A stretch of DNA of 64,000 nt from Eledone cirrhosa (lineage: Eukaryota). The stretch covers positions 62,682,001-62,746,000 of the forward strand of contig OZ024747.1 of the NCBI GenBank assembly GCA_964016885.1, written 5' to 3'. Positions within the stretch are counted from its first letter, which is position 1. Every line of letters starts with the position of its first letter. The position numbers and the translations under genes are program-made. Under the pieces are notes generated by a model, which worked only from the letters and a program-made list of their open reading frames with translations, searched no databases and was not told the DNA's origin. Shown in pieces: positions 53,256-64,000 of the stretch.

Positions 53256-53256
<1 letters not shown>
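52743..53256 (-). mobile_element. Family C2 fold-back element (~205 bp arms, ~90 nt tail)
   Basis: 52833-53038 is the reverse complement of 53051-53256. Confidence 0.8.
53150..53215 (+). ncRNA. Type I hammerhead ribozyme, family C2 (mirror 52874-52939 -)
   Basis: tattttgt-CTGAGGA-aggcat...catatt/aatatg...ccca-GAAA-tatata-TA-acgaaata; stem I covaries (A-U to G-C) relative to family C. Confidence 0.75.
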
Positions 53257-53296
<40 letters not shown>

Positions 53297-53968
53297 CTAT
53301 ATATAAGTATATATGTTTATATATATATATATATACACATAAGGTATAAATCGAAGTTGTAGCTGCCATATAGCAGGTACTACTTGAGTTGTTTGATGCA
53401 ATCACAAAGCACTCGGTAGAGCGGTTAAGTTAATACATTACCGTCCAGAGTAAACAATAGTAAAAAAGTGTGACGCCAAGAAAAACGGCAGAATGCAGTG
53501 GCCATACATATACCACAAGAACGATAAATACAGAAAGATTATATAAGGCTAATTTAATTTTGGTTATATATACTACTCCTAAATAGTACAGCTTATTTCT
53601 GTTGAAAGGACTCGGCTGCTATTTCTAGCTGTCGATAATCCTATTCACGTCACTGGGCTGACGGCGCGGCGATGTGTATCTTTTTTTAAATACCTCACGT
53701 GCTTTTCGTCATTTCCAGATTTTCTTTTGATTGTAATCACAGATAGTTAAATCTCCTCCATTGCCGTTGATCCAACATTTGACATCTGTGATTTACCGAT
53801 TAATGGTGAAATATATTTCTTTAATGAAATACATACAAAGGAGATTAATCATTATTGTAAGGTATTTGAGGTTTTCGTTAAATGTTAATGATACCTGCGT
53901 AACTATGTGTGTTTACACTCTTTACAAATTATTCCTTTTAATTGTTTGATGTGTTTATTTTATATATA

Positions 53969-54280
53969 TACTAGCAGAATGGCCCGGCGTTGCTTGGGAT
54001 TTGCTCTAGGGTTCTTATACATTTGATATATATTTATCCTTATCGAGTCTCGTGAAATAAATACGTTTGTTTATATTTTGTTATTGTGTATGCAAAAATA
54101 TCTGTACACGAATATATATATATATATATATTAAAATAACAGATTAAAGTTTAAGCAAAGAATCGCTGCTTTCACCCTTAGCGGGATCTCCTGAAACTAA
54201 AAAAATCAATCTGTGAAGGCAGAAGTAAATATTTCGAAAAACGTTACACTCTATATATATAAATATATATATACACACAC

Positions 54281-54311
<31 letters not shown>

Positions 54312-54345
54312 TATATATATATACATATCTGTATATATATATATA

Positions 54346-54415
<70 letters not shown>

Positions 54416-54498
54416 TGTGTCGTCGCTATCTGTGTGTGTGTATATATGTATATATATATAGTGTGTATAATATATATATATATGTATATATATATATA

Positions 54499-54558
<60 letters not shown>

Positions 54559-54877
54559 TATATATATATACATATACACACACACACAGATAGTGACGTC
54601 ATAATGTCGTAATGCAGACAACCAGACATACAGACAGATATATATATAAGGGCGTAACGTTATATCTACGTATCTATCTAAAAAGAAAGACTAAGAATTA
54701 TAGAGAGAGATCGCTAAATCGCCTAATGCATTGAAAATTTGAAATATTTTTGGCTCAAAACACTCACAGCACCATAAGTATTACATGTGTAAAGTTTGAA
54801 AAAAGTCGGTTGGGTGGTTCTCGAGTTTTAGGGAAACAGGCAGACAGACAGACATTCTCTGTTTTAGATATATAGAT
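53969..54877 (+). mobile_element. Helentron-associated (DINE-1/HINE-like) element with nested insertions
   Basis: 5' actagca...cccggcgttgcttggg hairpin; 3' aaagtttg...aagtcggtt...(CAGA)n...ttttagatatatagat. Confidence 0.55.
54129..54247 (-). mobile_element. Family F arm with variant hammerhead motif (54148-54198)
   Basis: Reverse complement of 55363-55480. Confidence 0.6.
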
Positions 54878-55103
54878 ATCAATCGTTTTTTATTTAATGC
54901 TCGGATTTATCCCTTAGAATCTTTGAGCTTATTTCTACAGGTGGTATGGCGCATGCTTCTCAGACATAACTTCCTCGATTTAATTTTGGTTATATATATA
55001 TATATATATATAAAAAAAAAAGAAAACGTATACATACTTTGATTACTTGTACCGGCAATATTTATTAGAATGCACAACCTTTCTACATACATTTTGGGGG
55101 ACA

Positions 55104-55157
<54 letters not shown>

Positions 55158-55169
55158 ATATATATATAT

Positions 55170-55482
55170 AGTAATAATAATAAATTTCAGACAAAGAGGA
55201 TTAGTCTACGACCTCTTTTATACCATAAGCGTGGTTTTGTCTTAGCGTGTAATTGATTTTCACCGCTCCAAATAATGACGTATTATATTCGTTTTTTCCC
55301 GTTCTTTGCCATGGAGCGTTTCCACGAACCAAAGTATCGTCTTCCTGTCTTCCTCCGGTTGCAACGTTTTTTGAAATATTCACTTCTGCGTTCACAGATT
55401 GACTTTGTTAGTTTCAGAAGATCCCGTTAAGGGTGAAAGCAGCGATTCTTTGCGTAAACTTGAATCTGTTATTTTAATAAAT
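55170..55482 (+). mobile_element. Family F element with variant hammerhead motif (55410-55460)
   Basis: agttt-CAGAAGA-t-ccc(gttaa)ggg-t-GAAA-gca...tgc-GT-aaact. Confidence 0.55.
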
Positions 55483-55498
55483 ATATATATATATATAT

Positions 55499-57500
55499 AA
55501 CGAAGGAAATGTGGTAAGGAACCAGGTGGACCATAACGCACCAAAGTACTCAATACTTAGGGTAGTAGAGTGGGTAATAGGAACAAGTAAGACCCCGACG
55601 GCTGAGCTCAAGCCGTTTCGACGGCTAATTCTGTACTGAATGAAAAATTAATTCTGGTATTTAAATAGCCGAACTTATCAAGGGGCAATTCCATATATGG
55701 TCAAAGAGATAATCACCAGGATTGGTCACATCACAAGTTAGTAGTAAATCTGTGATGGCAAGTTGGTGGGGGAAGGGGTAGCTAAACCTGCCAGTGGGAG
55801 AAAAGGGGAGAGGGGGTGGAGTAGACCCATTCATGCGTTGGTAGTGCCAGTTACAGCTGGGTGTGAGGTCAAAGAGGAAACTGGGGAGGGGGAAGAGGTC
55901 GAAACGGTAAGTAGAACAATGAAAGGTAAAACTGTAAAAGATACTGAGAGAGAAAAAAAATATAAGCAAAATCTGGTTACTAAGACTTAAGTCTCTCGCT
56001 ATTGCTAGGCTGAAGAAATACATAAATAAATAAATAAACAAATAAGTGAATAAAAAGAATAGATAAATAAATTTAAAAAAATATATATATATATATATAA
56101 TGTAGAATAAAGAAATAAATGATAATAATAGAAAAAAAACTAGGTGGGACGGAAATAAAGGGACCCTTATACGAGGTATAAGTGCGTGTATCGTACGGTG
56201 ACGGGTCAACAAAAGGGGGCCAGAATACTAAAGAGACTACCACGAAAATAATAAAGGTTTCTACCCCAAACACAGGGCCAGCAACCACCCAGTGCAAGAA
56301 AGTAAACTAGTACGAGAATATAATTCAGGGTCCCGCAAAAAAATACTGGTGCTAACTCTAAGGGTACCGCCACGAAACAAAAGGTCTTATACAAGCTACA
56401 TGAAAGATCGTACGAAGTAAAAGTAGAGAACGGAAAATTAATACAGGAACACCCCCCCCCCCCCCCACCCCAAAAAGGGAAAAAGGAAAAAGAGATACTG
56501 GATAAACGAGAAATTAAAGCGAAGATGCCACTAAGAAATATAGAAGGCACGGAAAAAGGGGACAGCGGTCGGAGAAGGGGGCGAGTATCCGAAGTCTAAC
56601 ACCTCTGCTATAAAAAGCGGAGTCAGCCACATCTATCATAGAATAGGGGAGGGGGTTGGGGTGCTGAAGCTACAAGGGACCGATGGGCTACCTCGGGTGG
56701 GCGAGAAAGAGACGACGACAAAGAAAGGGAACTGGGGTAGAAGGACTAGGGAGGGATGGCGGGAAGGAGGAAATATAGAGGAAGCGATAAAAGAATGTAA
56801 AAGAAGATCTTACGTCTCCATAGGCAAGCAGGGGTTACCCATTACAAAATAGGCAAGTGGGGTGTTATTTCTTTATTCTACATATATATATATATAGTAG
56901 AATAATCGAGTATCGAAAAATCGGCGCACGAGTTCACGATAAACAAAATTCGAGATGAGCGGCAGAGGGCTCTATATATATATATATATATATATTTTTT
57001 AAAATTTATTTATCTATTCTTTTTATTCACTTATTTGTTTATTTATTTATTTATGTATTTCTTCAGCCTAGCAATAGCGAGAGACTTAAGTCTTAGTAAC
57101 CAGATTTTGCTTATATTTTTTTTCTCTCTCAGTATCTTTTACAGTTTTACCTTTCATTGTTCTACTTACCGTTTCGACCTCCTCCCCCTCCCCCTCCCCA
57201 GTTTCCTCTTTGACCTCACACCCAGCTGTAGCTGGCACTACCAACGCATGAATGGGTCTACTCCACCCCCTCTCCCCTTTTCTCCTACTGGCAGGTTTAG
57301 CTACCCCTTCCCCCACCAACTTGCCATCACAGATTTACTACTAACTTGTGATGTGACCAATCCTGGTGATTATCTCTTTGACCATATATGGAATTACCCC
57401 TTGATAAGTTCGGCTATTTAAATACCAGAATTAATTTTTCATTCAGTACAGAATTAGCCGTCGAAACGGCTTGAGCTCAGCCGTCGGGGTCTTACTTGTT

Positions 57501-57503
<3 letters not shown>
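55499..57503 (-). mobile_element. Longest family A element (~520 bp inverted arms, ~870 bp spacer, ~80 nt tail)
   Basis: 55579-56098 is the reverse complement of ~56975-57503; no RT or GIY-YIG ORF seen. Confidence 0.8.
57396..57490 (+). ncRNA. Type I hammerhead motif with U3:A8 core, family A (mirror 55592-55686 -)
   Basis: acccc-TTGATAA-g..cggcta...tagccg.c-GAAA-cggct(tgagctc)agccg-TC-ggggt: all three stems pair, GUC cleavage triplet. Confidence 0.75.
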
Positions 57504-57543
<40 letters not shown>

Positions 57544-58504
57544 TATGAAACGTAGGAACTCAAGCTTCTGAAGCAAATCTGTTAGCCGCTCAACCATGCC
57601 AGCGTTCAGTATGAATATATTTCAACATCAACACTTAGATTGTTTAAAGATGATAAAGTTTGAAAGAACGCCAGACCATTACTGTATTGGAATTCTCTTC
57701 AGAAAGTTGAAATTGTGAAGTAATTTCTAAAGTTATGTTAAATCGGTAAGTAAACAACGTTAGGAATAATATTACAATCTTTCAACCTCAGATATAATAA
57801 ACAACTTTTTGCAAGGAAAGAATATGACCTAAGATGATCGCTTGATAAGGCTTTGGTCTTATTGTTTTAGTCAAGGAAGGGCAATGTCATATATTATATT
57901 CAATTAGGAAATCAGCTATAGTCGAGATAAACTTATTTAGTGTCAACATTGGTTTTAACCCGGCGGTATTGTGCCAAAGGTATAAACACAAACACGGACA
58001 CGAACTAATACGCACTCAAAAATACACACACACACACACGTGTGTTTATATATGAATATATGTATGTCTTCTTCATATTTTACCATTTTGTTTACGATGT
58101 TTAATTTGACACCTCTTTCAACTATCTATCTTCTTTCACTTCCCACTCATTCTATTTGTATTGTTATATATATATATATAAGTGAAAAGCGTGTGGACGT
58201 TAGAAAACCTTCTATACAGATTGTGTTATATAAAGAAAAACATTATATAAAAAAGAGCGGACCTGGTGTATATATAAAGGATCTTTATAGCATGTCCAAA
58301 AATTGATGGTATATATATATATATATATATATACACATACACACACACACGCACACACCAGGTGCGCTTTGCAAACCTCTTTTTAAAATCATTTTCCTTA
58401 TATATATATACGCGCCTTTCAGTTTATGAGCCAGCTTGGAAAGTGCTCAATATCAATGTAGAATATAATTATTTATAATATGGCACAGGGTAAATACAAG
58501 CGAC

Positions 58505-58862
58505 CGAAATAGGGTTCTTCTGAGGGCCCTTTGGAGCAACGTTACTCGACAGAGTGCCTAACTCGGAGATCAGAGTGTCACCCCAGGTAGAACAGCTACC
58601 TCTCCAAATTGAGACATCACAGCTCCGATACTATGGGCATGTGGTTAGAATGTTTCAGGAAATAATCGCTGGACAGCAAAACCAACCGGCAGGGGACCCA
58701 GGTGTAGACCCCGAGCAAGATGGTTGGATAACATCCATGAGCTTGGCTGGTCTCGATTGGGGATCCCGCTTGAGACGGTTGCTTCTGACAGAAGCCACTG
58801 GAAGGAGTATTTGAAGACTCTTCCCTCACGACCCTCTCGGGAATAAGTGGGTGAAGAAGAAG
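58505..58862 (+). mobile_element. RTE-like LINE 3' end
   Basis: SQLRYYGHVVRM motif; ends gaagaagaag. Confidence 0.75.
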
Positions 58863-59741
58863 AGAAGGCACTGTGTCACTCACTGAGTTTCACTAGTCCT
58901 TATTGTGCTACATGATTAGCAAACATACGTAAAACTCAGAGTAGCAACACTATAACAATCTCTGTACTCTCATTCATTCATTCTCCACACCCTCTCTCTC
59001 ATCATATGAATGTATATAACACCTTAATACAATAAGACAAGTTCTGTAGTTTTGGTTCTGTGATAACTACTTGCATATTATTCAGTGATGCGGTTACACA
59101 ACCTGTTAGAAATAACACCCAAATCTCTTTTACATAACAGCCTTCCGTTTCACAAATAGACGTATATATTATATCCGATTGCTTCGTTTCATAATTACCT
59201 GTTTCCTGGTTCAATCATACTGCACGATGCCTTAGGCAGAAGAGAAAAAAAAACCCTCAGAAAAGTAAAAATGAATTTCTTTCATTTTGTTTTGTTCGTA
59301 ATTTCTTGATTTTTTTCCCTTCTCTTCGTCTTTTTGCTGATAAATTTGCTCTTGTCCCTTTTCTTTTTTCTTTCTTCCACTCTTTTCTGAATTCTTTTTT
59401 CTCTTTTTATTTTTATAGAATTTTTTTTTTTTTTTTGTTATATATTACTTTTAAGACACTTTTTATACAGACGATGTTACTAGGTTTTTATTGCCTTAGG
59501 TTCAGTGTCATACTTATTTGCTAAAGCTCTGTGAATTCCTGTATAGAATATATAGCTTCCAGCGCATTTTTTAGACTGAGAAATTCACAAAAAATCAACT
59601 AGTTTCTATTGGCCATTCTCAATAAAAGCTTTTCAAAAAATGTCGGATTTTAAATCAATAATTGGAACAACTTACATCTTAACTTAAGGAAGTTTTCCGA
59701 GCAACAAATAGTTTTTGAATATATATCGTTATTAATTCATG

Positions 59742-59935
59742 GCTAGAACGTCGGACAACATGCTTTGCAGTATAGAGTTACGGCCCTTTACGGACTGGGT
59801 TGAAATCCCGCCGAGGTTAGCTTTGCCTTTCATCCTTACGGCGTCGATAAAATAAAGTACCAGTAATGCACTGAGATCGATTCAATCGACCTCCACAAAA
59901 ACATTGTTGTGCCTAAATAAGAAACCATTATTATC
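59742..59935 (+). mobile_element. S1 SINE
   Basis: Matches the S1 consensus. Confidence 0.75.
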
Positions 59936-59974
59936 ATCCTTAACATTGTTACTAACATCGTTTACATCTCTCTA

Positions 59975-60010
<36 letters not shown>

Positions 60011-60111
60011 AAAATGGTTGATTGAATACGCACGTGTTTTCCCACTTATTTCCCCCCCCCCCCCATTCCTTCCTCTTCTCATTCGTTATCTTTCTATCTA
60101 TCTTTTATTTA

Positions 60112-60153
60112 TAACTATCTGATGAAGGACTAGTGTTGGAAACGTTAAGACTT
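60112..60153 (+). ncRNA. Decayed minimal hammerhead motif in an old TA-flanked element (~60010-60232)
   Basis: CTGATGA-aggactagtgttg-GAAA-cgtta; stems imperfect. Confidence 0.35.
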
Positions 60154-60263
60154 ATTTCCTGATATTTCAAGCGTTAAACTAATATATTTCTTCAATGTAC
60201 TGTGTCGTTTGCTTTGTTATTTCTGTTTACCTTTTACACACACACATACAAAAATATATGTGT

Positions 60264-60317
<54 letters not shown>

Positions 60318-60778
60318 ACAGTTGCTCCACCGACGGTGATTGTTTTAGTTCATTCTAGCAACGGAATAGCCGAGGATGTTCCTCGCTATGCCACTCGTCA
60401 GTAAAGTACCAGTAATGTACTGTGTAATTGCTGGCCTTGTGCCAAAAGTAGAGACAATTACGATATAGATCTTTATTTCCCGTCAAAGAGAATTCAGCCC
60501 TATCGATTTGAGAAGAAAATGATATATATAGGAAAGTTATGAATTTCTTATACTGCTAAGGCTCTCGGGACTTCAAGTTAATGCTAGTTGCAACTGAGGA
60601 TTGAACCCACGTCTACTTAGAATTTACTACGCAAGAAACATCTCTCGCCACATCCATGTGTGTACATATGTAATTAAATGTTTCTACTTTTGGCACCAGG
60701 CCAGTAATTATCCCAGTGTATTACTGGTACCTTATTTTACCGACTCCGTAAGGATGAAAGGCAAAGTTAATCAAAGTT

Positions 60779-62120
60779 TTGGTGGTGGTGGTGGTGGTGG
60801 TGCTGCTGGTTTGGGTGGTGGTGGTGGTGGTGCGGCTGGTTTTGGTGGTGGTGGTGGTGCTGCTGGTTTTGGTGGTGGTGGTGGTGCGGCTGGTTTTGGT
60901 GGTGGTGGTGGTGGTGCTGCTGGTGCTGGTGGTGGTTTTGGTGGTGGTGGTGGTGCTGCTGGTTTTGGTGGTGGTGGTGGTGCTGCTGGTTTTGGTGGTG
61001 GTGGTGCTGGTTTTGGTGGTGGTGGTGGTGCGGCTGGTTTTGGTGGTGGTGGTGGTGCTGCTGGTGGTGGTGCTGCTGCTGGTTTTGGTGGTGGTGCTGG
61101 TGGTGGTTTTGGTGGTGGTGGTGCTGCTGCTGGTTTTGGTGGTGGTGGTGCGGCTGGTTTTGGTGGTGGTGGTGGTGGTGGTGCGGCTGGTTTTGGTGGT
61201 GGTGGTGGTGCTGCTGGTTTTGGTGCTGGTGCTGCTGCTGGTTTTGGTGGTGGTGGTGCGGCTGGTTTTGGTGGTGGTGGTGGTGGTGGTGCGGCTGGTT
61301 TTGGTGGTGGTGGTGCTGCTGCTGGTTTTGGTGCTGGTGCTGCTGCTGGTTTTGGTGGTGGTGGTGCTGCTGCTGGTTTTGGTGGTGGTGGTGCGGCTGG
61401 TTTTGGTGGTGGTAGTGCTGCTGCTGGTTTTGGTGGTGGTGGTGCGGCTGGTTTTGGTGGTGGTGGTGGTGCTGCTGGTTTTGGTGCTGGTGCTGCTGCG
61501 GCTGGTTTTGGTGGTGGTGGTGGTGCTGCTGCTGGTTTTGGTGGTGGTGGTGGTGCTACTGCTGGTTTTGGTGGTGGTGGTGCGGCTGGTTTTGGTGGTG
61601 GTGGTGGTGGTGGTGCGGCTGGTTTTGGTGGTGGTGGTGGTGCTGCTGCTGGTTTTGGTGGTGGTGGTGGTGCGGCTGGTTTTGGTGGTGGTGGGGGTGC
61701 TGCTGCTGGTTTTGGTGGTGGTGTTGCTGGTTTTGGTGGTGGTGGTGGTGCGGCTGGTTTTGGTGGTGGTGCTGCTAGTTTTAGTGGTGCTGCTGCTGTG
61801 TTTGGTGTTGGTGGTGGTGGTGCTGGTTTTGGTGGTGGTGGTGGTGCTGCTGGTTTTGGTGGTGGTGCGGGTGCAGCTGCTGGTTTTGGTGGTGGTGGTG
61901 TTGGTGCTGCTGTTTTTGTTGGTGGTGGTGGTGCGGCTGGTTTTGGTGGTGGTGGTGTTGCTGGTTTTGGTGGTGGTGGTGGTGCAGCTGCTGGTTTTGG
62001 TGGTGGTGGTGCTGCTGCTGGTTTTGGTGGTGGTGGTGCTGCTGGTTTTGGTGGTGGTGATGTTGCAGCTGCTGGTTTTGGTGGTGGTGGTGTTGGTGCT
62101 GCTGTTTTTGTTGTTGGAGG
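60779..62120. repeat. GGT/GCT/TTT trinucleotide-phased minisatellite (reads GGGGAAGF in one frame)
   Basis: Direct reading; bracketed by oppositely oriented S1 SINE fragments (60680-60770, 62163-62230). Confidence 0.9.
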
Positions 62121-62649
62121 AGGTAGTGTTCGAGCTAGTATTGCTCTGGTTTTTTGTCGTTACGATAAAATAAAGTACCAGTAATGTACTGAGATAATTG
62201 CTGGCCATGTGCCAAAAGTAGAAACAATTATTTTCTTTTGTTCTTGTGATGGTGGTGTTGAAATTGTTAACAAGGGAGGAATTTGTCTCATAATTTCCTC
62301 GTGCTGTGTTGTCACTGCTGCTGTCACAGACTTTTAAAATGTGGCCGTTCCATCGTCCCTTCCTCCTTCAGCAGGCGGACACTCCTAGTTCGCCATATTT
62401 TATTTTCAAACAAACATTGACGGGGTGTTTGATAAGCACACGCCGGCTTTTCCCCTTGGGGCTGTCGGTAGAGATAAACTACCCAGCTCATGAAGATACG
62501 GGTTAATTTACCTACTAAACAGTCAGAAAAGTTCAATCCAACATGTTGAATAACTGTGAAAATAGAACAAACTTACAGGAGCGATGTGAACTACGTCTCG
62601 AAAGACTCAACACCAAAGACAACAACAACATCAACAATAATAATAATAA

Positions 62650-62835
62650 TTGTTTCTACGTTTGGCACAAGACCAGCAATTACTCAGTGCATTACTGGTG
62701 CTTTTTTTTATCGACCCCGTAAGGATGAAAGGCAAAGTTAACCTCAGCGGGATTTGCACTCAGATCCTAAAGGGCCGTAGCTCTTTGCTGCAAAGCATGG
62801 CGTCAGACCCTCTACCGATATTGTCAACTCACCGC

Positions 62836-62836
<1 letters not shown>
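62650..62836 (-). mobile_element. S1 SINE, full length, within an (AAT)n tract
   Basis: S1 consensus with (AAT)n on both sides. Confidence 0.85.
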
Positions 62837-62869
<33 letters not shown>

Positions 62870-62871
62870 TT

Positions 62872-64000
62872 AATGCTAAACATAATGACCAGGCAGTGTG
62901 GATTGAGACAGTACAAAAGAAGATTAGTGAACAGGCACACCAACAAACTGATTTGAGTATCACAGCCAAAATACTAACCAACTGGAAATCACCAGGCCCA
63001 GATGGTGTGCAGGGGTATTGGATTAAAAATATAACATCCCTCCACCCGAAACTGACAACCATGTTCAATGACTGCTTGATGTCAGGTACCAGAGTGGTTG
63101 ACAAAAGGTACCACAGTTCTGGTAATGAAAGACCGAATCAAGGGTAATGATGTTACCAACTATAGACCTATCACATGTCTGTCCATAATGTGGAAACTGT
63201 TGACAAGCATTGTGTCTGAGGAAATCTACCATCACTTCCACACAAACAACTTGTTACCGGACGAACAGAAAGGATGCCAAAAGAAGTCCCGTGGTACAAA
63301 GGACCAGTTACTTATTGATAAGATGGTAATGTGGAATTGCAAGAGGAGACACACTGGTCTTGCCATGGGATGGATAGACTACAAAAAGGCATTTGACATG
63401 GTGCCTCATTCTTGGATCACCAAAAGCCTAGAGATCTTCAAGATGGCAGATAACATCAGACAGTTGTTGAGCAAAAGTATGAAGTCCTGGAAAACAGAGT
63501 TAACATCAGCTGGAGAATCCTTGGGAGGCGTGAAGATCAAGAGAGGTATCTTCCAGGGAGATAGTCTGTCCCCTTTGTCCTGATGCCCATGGCCATTATA
63601 CTGCGAAAAGTGAGAGCAGGATACAAGTTTGGAAAGGGAGAGCTTACCATCAATCACCTCCTCTTCATGGACGATCTTAAGCTCTTCGGGAAGAGTGAGA
63701 AGAAGTTGGATGTGCTTGTTGACACTGTCCGTGTTTTCAGCAATGATATATGTATGCAATTTGGTATTAGTAAGTGTGGAGTCCTTGTGATGAAGAGGGG
63801 TAAATTGAGCAGAAGCAACGGAATCCAGGTACCAACAGGTGAGATGATAAAGGAAATTGACACTGAAGAAGGATACAAGTATTTGGGTGTTCTGGAGGCT
63901 GATGACATCAAGAACAAAAAAATGAAGGAATTGATAAGATCTGAATACATTCGGAGAGTAAGGAGCGTATTAAAATCACATCTGAAATGTAGGAATGCCA
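62872..64000 (+). mobile_element. 5'-truncated R4/Dong-clade non-LTR retrotransposon, reverse transcriptase region, frameshifted; runs off the window
   Basis: NWKSPGPDGVQGYWIK, YRPITCL, EQKGC...[54 protein letters not shown]; frame changes near 63090 and 63580. Confidence 0.88.

Overview
Repeat-dense, AT-rich eukaryotic DNA with no confidently identifiable host gene. The abundant (TA)n/(CA)n/(GA)n tracts and tRNA-derived SINE families suggest an octopus-like cephalopod genome (inference). Almost all supplied ORFs are microsatellite read-throughs. Recognisable protein-coding remnants are all retrotransposon-derived: a frameshifted R4/Dong-type reverse transcriptase at the right end, RTE-type LINE 3' fragments and CRE-type endonuclease C-terminal fragments. 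Several DNA-transposon MITEs (Tc1/mariner-pogo, hAT, piggyBac, Helentron-like) are also present. The main unexplained structure is a population of about 10 distinct families of short non-coding elements embedded in (TA)n tracts. They share a fold-back architecture (inverted arm + arm + 35-95 nt unique tail, sometimes partial tandem), and most carry a type I hammerhead ribozyme motif. About 20 motifs were read by eye on both strands: canonical CUGANGA/GAAA cores, a compensatory U3:A8 core variant in two unrelated families, and a recurrent U4A variant. This fits Penelope-like pseudo-LTR / retrozyme-type non-autonomous retroelements targeting TA microsatellites. Coordinates were counted by hand and may be off by a few bases; ribozyme activity is untested.
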